A DNA stretch of 32,000 nt from Guillardia theta nucleomorph (GCA_000002975.1 AF165818.4:150001-182000); one strand, 5' to 3'; shown: positions 10,103-19,507, counted from the stretch's first letter. Numbers and translations are program-made. Notes: generated from the letters alone by a model not told the origin.

Positions 10103-10175
10103 TGCTCGACACAGGATTCGAACCTGTGACATTCGCGTTATTAGCACGACGCTCTAACCTCTGAGCTAGACGAGC
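10103..10175 (-). tRNA. trnI(AAT): tRNA-Ile(AAU)
   Basis: Minus strand GCTCGTCTAGCTCAGAGGTTAGAGCGTCGTGCTAATAACGCGAATGTCACAGGTTCGAATCCTGTGTCGAGCA folds as a 73-nt cloverleaf with anticodon AAT, GTTCGAAT T-loop and one U-U mismatch in the acceptor stem. Confidence 0.95.
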
Positions 10176-10178
10176 TTG

Positions 10179-10865
10179 ATGACAATTAAACTAAATTTAT
10201 ATGGTAAAGAAGATATTGGGAATTATATTTTATTAACTAACTCTTATTGTATTGTTCCACACGATATTAATTCAAAAAATTACAATATAATTAAATCAGA
10301 GTTAGATAATAAAATAAATATAATTTGCACAAACGTATCAGAGTCAATTTGCGTAGGCAATTTGTTGATCGGTAATTCTAAAGGTTTAATCGTTCCAAAT
10401 ACTATTACGTTTCATGAACAGAATGAGTTGTTAAATTTTTTACCAGAAAAAGTGTTAGTAAAAAAATTTAATGAAAATTTAACAAATTTAGGAAATCTTT
10501 TGGCACACAATGAATTATATGGTCTATCTAGTCCTGATTTATCTCAGAGCTCTTGTGAATTAATTTCTGATGTCTTAGGAGTAGAAATTTTGAAACTTAC
10601 GCTGGGTGAAGAAAAAATGATTGGAACTTATTGTAAATTCAACATTAATGGTGGAATTGTACAACCTTTTCTTTCAATAGAAGATCATGATGAATTAGTG
10701 GAAATTACAGGAGTTCCATTTATCGGAGGAACTGTAAATTCAGGGTGTTCAAATGTGGGTAAAGGAATTGTTTGTAATGACAATCTTGTTTTTTGTGGAT
10801 ACAAAACAAACCAAACGGAAATGCATATTATAAATAATATAATGAAAAAATCAAAAAATAAATAA
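10179..10865 (+). CDS. eif6: Translation initiation/60S anti-association factor eIF6
   Basis: DIGNYILLTNSYC, GNSKGLIVP, LISDVLGVEI, GGTVNSG and GIVCND repeats. Confidence 0.95.
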   Translation: MTIKLNLYGKEDIGNYILLTNSYCIVPHDINSKNYNIIKSELDNKINIICTNVSESICVGNLLIGNSKGLIVPNTITFHEQNELLNFLPEKVLVKKFNENLTNLGNLLAHNELYGLSSPDLSQSSCELISDVLGVEILKLTLGEEKMIGTYCKFNINGGIVQPFLSIEDHDELVEITGVPFIGGTVNSGCSNVGKGIVCNDNLVFCGYKTNQTEMHIINNIMKKSKNK

Positions 10866-10931
10866 ATTTTAATATTTATTGAACCGTGGCTTTTTTTGAA
10901 TAATCATATATTCATATATTTTAGTTTAAAT

Positions 10932-11600
10932 ATGGTTGTGGTTGAGTACATAGGTACTTTTATTCCAAACAAATTGATTATGTCGGACTCGAGTTATACC
11001 CATCTTGGACCTTCTAAGAATAAAAAAAAACATTTATCGGTTATTCCAAATCCCAATACAAAATTTAATGATTACGATTTAGGTAAGATGATTTTCCTAC
11101 TTTTAATACTGTTGAACTCAATCAGTATTTTGAGAGTGATGGAGAATCAATTGTATTTTAAAATGTTTTTTTCTAATGAAATGCATTGTCCTGCTTTTGG
11201 GAGTTTAAAAAGATGTAGGATCATTATAATCTATGCAAAAGTTTCTATCATTTGTTGTGTAATCAATGCAATCTATAGCTACTTAATCATGATCAACTAT
11301 CATTTTTTCCATAGATTTGCTCTAAAGTGTTTTGCATATTACGAAAGTCCTTTCTGGTTCTTTGTCGGACTCGAATGGTTCAAATTGTACCATGAAGTAT
11401 GGAGGTGGACAGATGATACTGGAGCTTCAGGTGAATTCACAGCTGATGTAATAGAGCGAATAGATGCTAATTTCGGATTATACCTTACAATGAGTGCATT
11501 TTCAGCTGCTGAATACCAAAAGATAGTGTTTTTGGCGCCTTTATTTGTAATTTCGAGGGAAGTCTACGCTTTGGTTTCTAATTTTTTAGATACCGAATAA
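10932..11600 (+). CDS. Hypothetical multi-pass membrane protein
   Basis: Open frame of about 222 codons from ATG 10932 with several hydrophobic segments (MIFLLLILLNSISIL; IIIIYAKVSIICCVINAIYSYLIMI; IVFLAPLFVI). No family recognised. Confidence 0.7.
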   Translation: MVVVEYIGTFIPNKLIMSDSSYTHLGPSKNKKKHLSVIPNPNTKFNDYDLGKMIFLLLILLNSISILRVMENQLYFKMFFSNEMHCPAFGSLKRCRIIIIYAKVSIICCVINAIYSYLIMINYHFFHRFALKCFAYYESPFWFFVGLEWFKLYHEVWRWTDDTGASGEFTADVIERIDANFGLYLTMSAFSAAEYQKIVFLAPLFVISREVYALVSNFLDTE

Positions 11601-11811
11601 GAAAAATCTACGGTTAGATCAACAAAGTTTTCAATATAAAAAATCGAATTGTCTATAGATTAAATTGACAAGTTTATAATTGAAGAATATAAGAAGAAAC
11701 TTTAGGTAAGGAATAACTATTTTTCTAAAATTATTAAATGTTTAAATTGAATACTAGGCTATATATTTTAATCTTTTTAAGTAAAATTATAATCTTGATT
11801 ATTTAATTTTA

Positions 11812-12600
11812 ATGATTGTAGATCTATCATATTCTAAAATTCACATGTTGTCTTTGAAAAAAAATGATAGAAATCAAACCATAAATGATTGTGTTTTAAT
11901 TTCATTTCAAGAAAAAATCTTCTCGAATAACCAAAAAAATAAAATTAATATTATTAAATTCATAGGCAATATTTTTTTTAAGAAAAAAAAATTTAAAAAA
12001 TCTAAATTCATTTATACGATTGGACTATGCTTTTCAGAAAAATTTCAAAAAATGAAATCAACTTTTTTTTATAATCGTTCTCAATGTTCTTTTTTATTGA
12101 ATATGCATAGAAATACAAATTATGACAGTTCATTTGCTTTGTGTATAAATAAAACATATACTAAAGCTTGGTTCAAAAAAAAAATTGTAAATGAAATTTT
12201 TAACGACACGTTTATTGTAATAATTAATTTAAAGAAAAATTTATCAATTTCTTGTTCAGTAAAAAAAAATAAATATCATGAAATTATAAAATTATACCTT
12301 AAAACTAAAATCAAAGAATGGAAAAATAAGTTCAAAGTACTATTAAGATCAAAATCTGTTAAGAAAAATTATAAATCAACACAATATTCTAATAAAATTT
12401 CACTAAAATATATTAAAATATTGAATAATAGAATAAATTGTATTTTAATTAATTTAGTTATATTTCATATTTTATGGTTGATTAATTTCTTATTATCAAT
12501 TAAAAAGATGAAAATTAATAAAATAAAAAAAAAATTTTGCTTTATAAGGTCAAAATTTTTTTTATATTCTTTTAGATATTTAATTAGAATTCAAAACTAA
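11812..12600 (+). CDS. Hypothetical protein (ORFan, K/N/I/F-rich)
   Basis: 262-codon ORF in AT-rich DNA, tiling between neighbours; no motif recognised. Confidence 0.6.
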   Translation: MIVDLSYSKIHMLSLKKNDRNQTINDCVLISFQEKIFSNNQKNKINIIKFIGNIFFKKKKFKKSKFIYTIGLCFSEKFQKMKSTFFYNRSQCSFLLNMHRNTNYDSSFALCINKTYTKAWFKKKIVNEIFNDTFIVIINLKKNLSISCSVKKNKYHEIIKLYLKTKIKEWKNKFKVLLRSKSVKKNYKSTQYSNKISLKYIKILNNRINCILINLVIFHILWLINFLLSIKKMKINKIKKKFCFIRSKFFLYSFRYLIRIQN

Positions 12601-12633
12601 ATACTTTTATTAATACAAATAGAACACAAAAAT

Positions 12634-13008
12634 TTAAATAAATTTAAAGATGCAATTTAAAATAGATTTAAAAGAATTTTTTTTATGGGTGAAGATTTTT
12701 ATTTCTTTTTCAACTAGCATTTTCATTATTTCAACTTTATGAATAAAAATTACTTTTGAACAATATTTATCATTTAAAATACATTTTTGTAAAACTTTTT
12801 TTCGAAAATTTATAAAAAATTTGTTGTATCTAAAATATATGAAAAAGATCTTAATAGTAATTAACAAAACTAATATCAATATCGATGTAATTTTTTTTGG
12901 AATTTTCATAATTTTTGATTGTATGTAACAATAGCCATTTGTCAAATGATTGAATTTTAAAAGTTTAGTCTTTAAGTAAAAATTTTTTTGATGCAGTAAG
13001 GTATTCAT
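12634..13008 (-). CDS. Hypothetical small protein with one hydrophobic segment
   Basis: ORF fills the gap between neighbours; first ATG 13008; segment ITSILILVLLITIKIFFIYF. Confidence 0.5.
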   Translation of the reverse strand: MNTLLHQKNFYLKTKLLKFNHLTNGYCYIQSKIMKIPKKITSILILVLLITIKIFFIYFRYNKFFINFRKKVLQKCILNDKYCSKVIFIHKVEIMKMLVEKEIKIFTHKKNSFKSILNCIFKFI

Positions 13009-13036
13009 ATGAATATTAACCAAATTAATTATAAGA

Positions 13037-15358
13037 TTATGAATAAAAAATATTTTTTATCAAAATTTTAGAAACTTTTAAAATAATAAAATTATTAAAA
13101 TTAAAAATCCAATTAAATAAATCGATTGAAGAAAAAATATTTTTATATAAAACTGAAATTAAAAATAATTTTTTTCCCATTATTTTAAAAATATTTCTAT
13201 TGGAACTTTCTAATAATTTTGAATATGGAATTTCTGCTAATAAAATAAAATTTTTGTAATTGTTATAATAACTAAAGTTACCAATTAGTCTGAGATATTT
13301 ATAAATAATGTTAAATAATTTGTAACTAAAAGCTGATACAGTTTTCCACTCAATGTTTAAATACATTAATGAGGAGGATTTTGATAAAATGAAATAATCT
13401 TTTGTAAATTTATAATTAAAATGTGAAAAAATCAAGTTTAATAGAATAATTCCATTAATATTTTTAGAATAATTCTCAGATTTAAATAGCTGAAAATATC
13501 TTAAATTTAGTTTTTTTGAATTGATCGATTTTCTTTCACATTGTATTATATTATGGAAAACTTTATTTTTAGGTTTGTATAACAAAGATTTATGGTAATA
13601 TTTTAAGCTCCAAAAGTAGTCTTTTAATAAAAAACAAATATAACCCAAGGTAAACCAAAGTTTAAATGAAGACTTATTAAGACTTATAGCAAGAATTACC
13701 TGCTTTTTTGCGGAGGTGTATTTTTTTTTTTTAATAAGAATATTCGTAATTAAAAATTTTGCTTTACAGAAAAAAATTTTTTCACTAATTTGAGTCAGGA
13801 TTTCAAATATTTTGATATTACTAAACCTTTTAGCAAGTTTATAGTATATAATAATTTTTTTTTTTAAGTAAGATATGTTTAAAATTGTTTGGATATTAGA
13901 TGATTTTAAAAATACACTATGATAATCAATATCATTTAAAAACGAAAAAAAAAGTTCAAAAGAACTATAATCAAATACGTCTTTATGGAATAGTGCATTA
14001 GTATTAGAATAAATACTTCTGTAAATTGAATGTTTGATTTTAATTTTTTCAAATTTTGATTTATAAAAAAAAGATCCAATAAAAAAATTGTTTATAAAAC
14101 CGTTATTATTTAGTTTAGTATTATTTTGATTTTTAGCCATACCAAAAATTCTTAATGAAATTATCCTTATAGAAGGATTAAATACAATTAATTTCAAGTA
14201 ATTGATTGAACTACAATAATGAATAGTTTTTTTTTTATTTGAATAAAAAAAAAATAATGTAAAAATTAAAATGTAATCATGAATAATTAAAGAAATTTTA
14301 TTTATGTATTTTGAAAATGGAATATTATAAAAATTATTAAAAAGAACTAAAAAAAGAGATTTTATGTGAATTTTTGATTTTTTAAAATTTTTTGTTATGA
14401 TCCAATTTTTTTTATGTTTAAAATCAAATATTTTATCATTTTCTTCTATTAAAATAATAAATTTTGATCTAGATCCTAAACAAAAATGCTCAATATTTTT
14501 AAATGCCAAAAAAGAATATTTTAATGATCTCGAGCAATTTTTGTTCATTTTTATTCTTTTAAATTTATATATTTCAAAACAGTTCTCTAATAATATTTCT
14601 TTAATAATTTCTCTGTTTGTTAAGTCTGAATAAATAGAAAAAGTATTATTAATTTCTAGTATTTCATAGCACGATCTAAACAACTCATAAGATTCAAATT
14701 TATTTTTTGAATCTAAAAATAGTTTTTTGATAGGTGAAATATTTTTGTGTAAATTTATTTCATTGACAATTTTTGCTTTATATGAATCATAAAAAAATTT
14801 ATCAAAAAAAAAACAAAATGCATGAAAAAAAATAGCGGAAGAACACTCTTTAAAAAAAGAATCAACAAAAAGAAAAGAAAACGTCTTAAAATACAAATAA
14901 AAAAATAATTTATAATAATATAATTTTTTTATTTTTGTATTTTTTATATTTAAGATTTCTTTTTTTATAGTAAAATTCCAATTGTTAATTTCTATATTTT
15001 TTTTTGAAGCATTTATTTTTAAATTATAAAAGAAAAAATTAAAAATATAATTTAAAATTGAATAAATATGTAAAAATACAGAAAAATTAAAATAATAATA
15101 TGCAAATTTTTTAAGATTTTTTTTTTTTATTATTATTTTCAAAAAGCAAATAGGATATTTCTTGAAAAGTCTAATAAATTTACTTAAAAGTGGAGATACA
15201 AATGACTGATATTTAGTTGATTTGTTAATCTCAATTAAATCTTTATTAAAAATAAATTTTTTTTTAAAAATCAAATTTTTTTTCTCTCTATGATTTAAAT
15301 CTATATTAACTTTTGCTATATCTACACAATCGTTACTCATATTAAAAAAAGTAATCAT
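13037..15358 (-). CDS. Hypothetical protein with TPR-like repeats
   Basis: 773-codon ORF; AKKQVILAISLNKSSFKLWFTLGYICFLLKDYFWSLKYYHKSLLYKP fits the TPR consensus (W..LG..Y...A...Y..AL...P). Confidence 0.65.
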   Translation of the reverse strand: MITFFNMSNDCVDIAKVNIDLNHREKKNLIFKKKFIFNKDLIEINKSTKYQSFVSPLLSKFIRLFKKYPICFLKIIIKKKNLKKFAYYYFNFSVFLHIYSILNYIFNFFFYNLKINASKKNIEINNWNFTIKKEILNIKNTKIKKLYYYKLFFYLYFKTFSFLFVDSFFKECSSAIFFHAFCFFFDKFFYDSYKAKIVNEINLHKNISPIKKLFLDSKNKFESYELFRSCYEILEINNTFSIYSDLTNREIIKEILLENCFEIYKFKRIKMNKNCSRSLKYSFLAFKNIEHFCLGSRSKFIILIEENDKIFDFKHKKNWIITKNFKKSKIHIKSLFLVLFNNFYNIPFSKYINKISLIIHDYILIFTLFFFYSNKKKTIHYCSSINYLKLIVFNPSIRIISLRIFGMAKNQNNTKLNNNGFINNFFIGSFFYKSKFEKIKIKHSIYRSIYSNTNALFHKDVFDYSSFELFFSFLNDIDYHSVFLKSSNIQTILNISYLKKKIIIYYKLAKRFSNIKIFEILTQISEKIFFCKAKFLITNILIKKKKYTSAKKQVILAISLNKSSFKLWFTLGYICFLLKDYFWSLKYYHKSLLYKPKNKVFHNIIQCERKSINSKKLNLRYFQLFKSENYSKNINGIILLNLIFSHFNYKFTKDYFILSKSSSLMYLNIEWKTVSAFSYKLFNIIYKYLRLIGNFSYYNNYKNFILLAEIPYSKLLESSNRNIFKIMGKKLFLISVLYKNIFSSIDLFNWIFNFNNFIILKVSKILIKNIFYS

Positions 15359-16452
15359 AGTTCTAAATACTTGTTACATACTATTTCGTAACAAAAACAT
15401 TCGTTTTTTCTCGTATGAAAATATTCATTCAAAATTCTATAATTATAATTTATTTCAGTAGATATCAATATGTGTGATAAATTTATTATTATAATGTGTT
15501 TATTACAACCATGAACTGAAATTTTTGTATTACAATTTGGTAAACAAGAATGATTGACAAATCTTGCTATATTACCTATTATTGTTGCGTCTATAATTAA
15601 TAAGTCGTCTATGAGAAATAAATAATTGTCTAAATTCGTATTTTTGTAAAATCTCTCGAAGTTGTCAGAAAAATAATTATGAACCAAAAAGCCTCTATAT
15701 TCAAATAAAATTGTGAAAATTGGCAGTTTTGATACCAGAGTAACACCGAGATTGTGTTTATAGGATGATATATTTCTAAAAATTGTTTTATGATTTTTTG
15801 TATCAAGGAATAAAACTGTTTGTTCTATATAATATTTATCTTTTGTTATTTTCAATAAACTCTTCTGAATTTTAATTATAAAATATTCTTTAAACACGAA
15901 ATAAAATTTTAAATAATTTAACATTATTTTAAAATTAATGTAACCAATTAAACTTTGGATCGTTTCATAGTTAACATAAAATTCATGTAATTTTAAAAAC
16001 TTTTTGTATATGAAAATATTAAGAAAATTAAAATCATCAAAATTATATTTCTTATTGTTTATACTATACTCAAACTCACAATCTTGATTGTTTTTTAAAC
16101 AAGATTCTCCAAAATTACTTGAATAATTACAAATAAAACAATTTTTGTTTATAAATACGTAATCAAAGTATATGTTTTTTTTTGTATTGTTGATATTTAC
16201 TTTTACCCTATAATTTATTATATTATGTTTCATTATAAAACTGTTTTTATATAAATTTCTTTTATTATTAGAATTAAAATATTTGAAAAAATAAATTTTA
16301 TTATTATCAGAGAATTTAAAAATTTGTAAAATTACCCATTTTAGAATTTTTTTTGTTTTGGATTTAATAAAAAATTTCGTATAATATGAAAAATATAAAT
16401 TCTTCAATGTATTTTTTTTGCAACAACATAATAAAACATACTGTTTTCTCAT
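15355..16452 (-). CDS. SET-domain histone lysine methyltransferase (Set1/Trx-like C-terminus)
   Basis: FEYRG, YLFLIDD..IIDATIIGNIARFVNHSCLPNC, EINYNY and post-SET CFC....C..YL at the C-terminus. Confidence 0.88.
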   Translation of the reverse strand: MRKQYVLLCCCKKNTLKNLYFSYYTKFFIKSKTKKILKWVILQIFKFSDNNKIYFFKYFNSNNKRNLYKNSFIMKHNIINYRVKVNINNTKKNIYFDYVFINKNCFICNYSSNFGESCLKNNQDCEFEYSINNKKYNFDDFNFLNIFIYKKFLKLHEFYVNYETIQSLIGYINFKIMLNYLKFYFVFKEYFIIKIQKSLLKITKDKYYIEQTVLFLDTKNHKTIFRNISSYKHNLGVTLVSKLPIFTILFEYRGFLVHNYFSDNFERFYKNTNLDNYLFLIDDLLIIDATIIGNIARFVNHSCLPNCNTKISVHGCNKHIIIINLSHILISTEINYNYRILNEYFHTRKNECFCYEIVCNKYLEL

Positions 16453-16476
16453 AAGACAGATTGTTTTTTATCGGAA

Positions 16477-19400
16477 ATGTGTAATCGTTTAGATTTTAAT
16501 TTTCAATACATACAGGCAGAAAATTTTTTATGTTTTCGAAAATTATTTAGATTAGGACCAATAATGAATTTAAATTTAGTGATGGGTAAAAATGGATCCG
16601 GTAAATCTAGTTTAGGATATTTGGTTGAATGTATAATCAGAGAAACTATTTTTAGACTCTTTGTATCAAAAGACAGCGTATTTTCTGGACATTTAACTTT
16701 CACAAAAATAGGAATAGGATTAATCAAACATTTAAATAAAATTGAACTGAAAATTCTTTATGATAAACATAATTGTGTAGAATATTTTATTAACCAAAAC
16801 AAATGTAGCAAAAAAAAATTTTATTTTATGATTAAATCACTACAGATGTTTAATATCAAAGAATTGGTGATAAATAATACTGTTTCTTTAAAAAATTTAT
16901 TTTATAAATGTGATAATTTGTTTATTTTAATAGAAAAATACTCAGGATGTAGAACTTTAAAACTTTTTAAAAATAAGCTTCGTCTTCTACAGTTTAATTT
17001 AAAAAACAACACTATAAATTATTGGAAAAAATATAAATCTATTTTTAGTAAAAAAAAAAAGTTTAAAAAGTTTCAGAAAGAATATTTATTATTAGATAGA
17101 TATATCAGATTATTTTCAATACTAGACAATTATAAAATAGATTATAAACTGTTTTTCTACATATTTCATTATTGGCAAACAACTAAAATTTTAAAAAAAA
17201 ACATAAGAGAAAAAAAAGATTGCAACTTTAAAGTTATTCTAAAAATTAATTTGTTTACAAAATTCGAAAAGAAAAATAATTATAGTAACTACAAAACAAT
17301 ATTTTATTTTTTCAACTCAAATAATAAAAAAATTAACAATATTATTAAAAATCTTCAATTTAATTTTGATAAACTAAATTCAAAATACTTATTTTCAAAA
17401 AGTTTAGATCTAAGACCAAAAAATGAAAGTATAATGAATATGATTTTTGTTACAGAATCGAATATAAAAAATAATGTAGCTGTTAAAAGAATAAAAGTTA
17501 AAAAAAAAAAATCAAAATTGATCTATAAAATTTCTAAACAAATATCAATTACAACTTTTAAATATTTTAAAATAATTTTTAAAAAAAAATACTTTCAGAA
17601 TAAAATATTACTTTCTTTGTTTATAATTTTGATGATTTCGAAACATTATATTGATAAAATTGTTTTATATAAAAAAAACAGTCTTCTTGGTTATAATATT
17701 ATAATAAATCAACATGGAGTTAGAGGAGTTTTGAATAACCTGTCAAAACCATTAGATTCAAAGTATAGAAATTCAAACATATATGATAAATGTCACATAG
17801 TTTTCTTTTCTAGAAAATATTTTACAATCTTTAAAAATTATTTTTTTAGTTTACCTTTCGATTCGATTTTCTTATCAGAAATTAAAAATAGAAAATCAAC
17901 AAAAAGAAGTAATGGTTCATTTTACAAATTTGACCTCGATATGTATGATGAAATTTTAAATATTGTACTTAGTAAATACGAAGGATGTAATTTTGGTCTA
18001 AAATTCTGTAAAAGTAAAGGAATTAATTATTATTCAATAAAAAGATGCCAAAAAATTTCTTTAAATCATAGGAAAAAAAAAGATTTTCAAATATTTAACA
18101 ACAAATATCTCTATTTCGTTTATTCATTTAAAAATAGTATTATCATTTCGAATGTTAAAGAGTCATTTATTAAATACAATTTTAAAACTGCCCATTTTCA
18201 AAACAATATCAAAATTATATTCCTAAAACAAATATATTATAATGAATTTTTCATTCAAAAATGTTTTATTGAGTTTAGTCTAGTTTTAATTTTTTTTTTA
18301 ATCGGTTTGGTTCGTTCAGAAAGATTAATATTTTTATCGAAGCATATTGATTTCAAATTAAATAAAAAAAAAAACCTTTCAAATCTAAAAATTAAGCTTG
18401 AAACAAAAACAATATTTTTTTTTTTCAACAATCGCAATTATAACATTCTCGATGTTCCAATAAAATCTATCATTAACTTTATTACTCTAAAAAACAATCT
18501 ACAAATTATTATCATTTTTTTGTTAATAAGCAACGAGAGATATAAACTTGCATCAAAAAGTCTGGGAATAACTACTAATGATATTGATTTTATCAAAAAA
18601 TATGTCAATTTAAAAAAAATTTTAATAACTTTTTATGATAATTCAACTTTTTCCTCTAAGTTAAAACAAGTTAATCTTATATCAAAACTTAATAAACTAA
18701 AAACTAAACTAGTTATAAATGATTATTACCGGAGTAATAATTCATTCTATAATTTCGATCAAGATATTAGTTATAGTTTAGGTATCAGAATTTCATATTT
18801 AAATTATTTATTTCTTAATAGCATAATTTCATTCGAACTAAAAGAATCGTTTCGTTCTAAAGTCAAATATTTAAATAATGGCCATTATAAAAAATTATAT
18901 TATATTAAAAATTTGAACTTTGAAGTCTTGAACATTAAAATTTTCAATTCTATAAAAATTCTGAAAAAAAAAATATTTTTCAATAAAAAGTTATACACAA
19001 TGTTGCAAAAAAAAATTTCTGATCTATCAGTAAGATATTTTCTAGTATTTAATTCATTTTCAGAAAAACTGAAAATCAGCATTGAAAAATTTTATTTGAA
19101 ATTAACCAAGTCAATCAATAATCCTCTTGGTGGATCAGTATTTTTACAGATCGACGTAAAAAAAAAAAGTGTAAAAATTTCATCTGTTCCACCTGCTTCG
19201 AGTATTATTTCCACTGAAAGTATGCTAAGTGAAGGAGAATTGATAATAACTTTATTCTGTTGTTTATATGGATTTATGGATGTAAAAATGAATTATTTTA
19301 TACTAATTGATGAACTAGATAGCAGTATTGATATTTGGAATATAATTGAGATAATTTTTATAATCAAAGTATTTAGCTTCAAATATGGGGGAAATGTTCT

Positions 19401-19494
19401 TTATATTTCACACAAAAAAAATTTAACAAGATTATTTAATACTGTATTTTATTTATATAATCACATTAACACATCTTTATTTATACAATTGTAG
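16477..19494 (+). CDS. smc1: Divergent SMC ATPase, most like cohesin Smc1
   Basis: Walker A GKNGSGKS, hinge-like GVRGVLNNLSKPLDSKY, LGGSVFL...PP, signature LSEGE, Walker B/D-loop ILIDELDSSID and YISHK. Confidence 0.82.
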   Translation: MCNRLDFNFQYIQAENFLCFRKLFRLGPIMNLNLVMGKNGSGKSSLGYLVECIIRETIFRLFVSKDSVFSGHLTFTKIGIGLIKHLNKIELKILYDKHNCVEYFINQNKCSKKKFYFMIKSLQMFNIKELVINNTVSLKNLFYKCDNLFILIEKYSGCRTLKLFKNKLRLLQFNLKNNTINYWKKYKSIFSKKKKFKKFQKEYLLLDRYIRLFSILDNYKIDYKLFFYIFHYWQTTKILKKNIREKKDCNFKVILKINLFTKFEKKNNYSNYKTIFYFFNSNNKKINNIIKNLQFNFDKLNSKYLFSKSLDLRPKNESIMNMIFVTESNIKNNVAVKRIKVKKKKSKLIYKISKQISITTFKYFKIIFKKKYFQNKILLSLFIILMISKHYIDKIVLYKKNSLLGYNIIINQHGVRGVLNNLSKPLDSKYRNSNIYDKCHIVFFSRKYFTIFKNYFFSLPFDSIFLSEIKNRKSTKRSNGSFYKFDLDMYDEILNIVLSKYEGCNFGLKFCKSKGINYYSIKRCQKISLNHRKKKDFQIFNNKYLYFVYSFKNSIIISNVKESFIKYNFKTAHFQNNIKIIFLKQIYYNEFFIQKCFIEFSLVLIFFLIGLVRSERLIFLSKHIDFKLNKKKNLSNLKIKLETKTIFFFFNNRNYNILDVPIKSIINFITLKNNLQIIIIFLLISNERYKLASKSLGITTNDIDFIKKYVNLKKILITFYDNSTFSSKLKQVNLISKLNKLKTKLVINDYYRSNNSFYNFDQDISYSLGIRISYLNYLFLNSIISFELKESFRSKVKYLNNGHYKKLYYIKNLNFEVLNIKIFNSIKILKKKIFFNKKLYTMLQKKISDLSVRYFLVFNSFSEKLKISIEKFYLKLTKSINNPLGGSVFLQIDVKKKSVKISSVPPASSIISTESMLSEGELIITLFCCLYGFMDVKMNYFILIDELDSSIDIWNIIEIIFIIKVFSFKYGGNVLYISHKKNLTRLFNTVFYLYNHINTSLFIQL

Positions 19495-19507
19495 AGTTAA
19501 TCATTAA

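Noticed and set aside
11697-11721. AAACTTTAGGTAAGGAATAAC resembling the U12 snRNA branch-pairing region
   Set aside because: The U12 5' UGCCUU is missing and there is no sign of a minor spliceosome; a short AT-rich match.
11706-11757. 52-nt GTAAGG...CTAG intron-like segment
   Set aside because: No upstream in-frame ATG exon (frame closed by TAA, only TTG available); it could only be a UTR intron.
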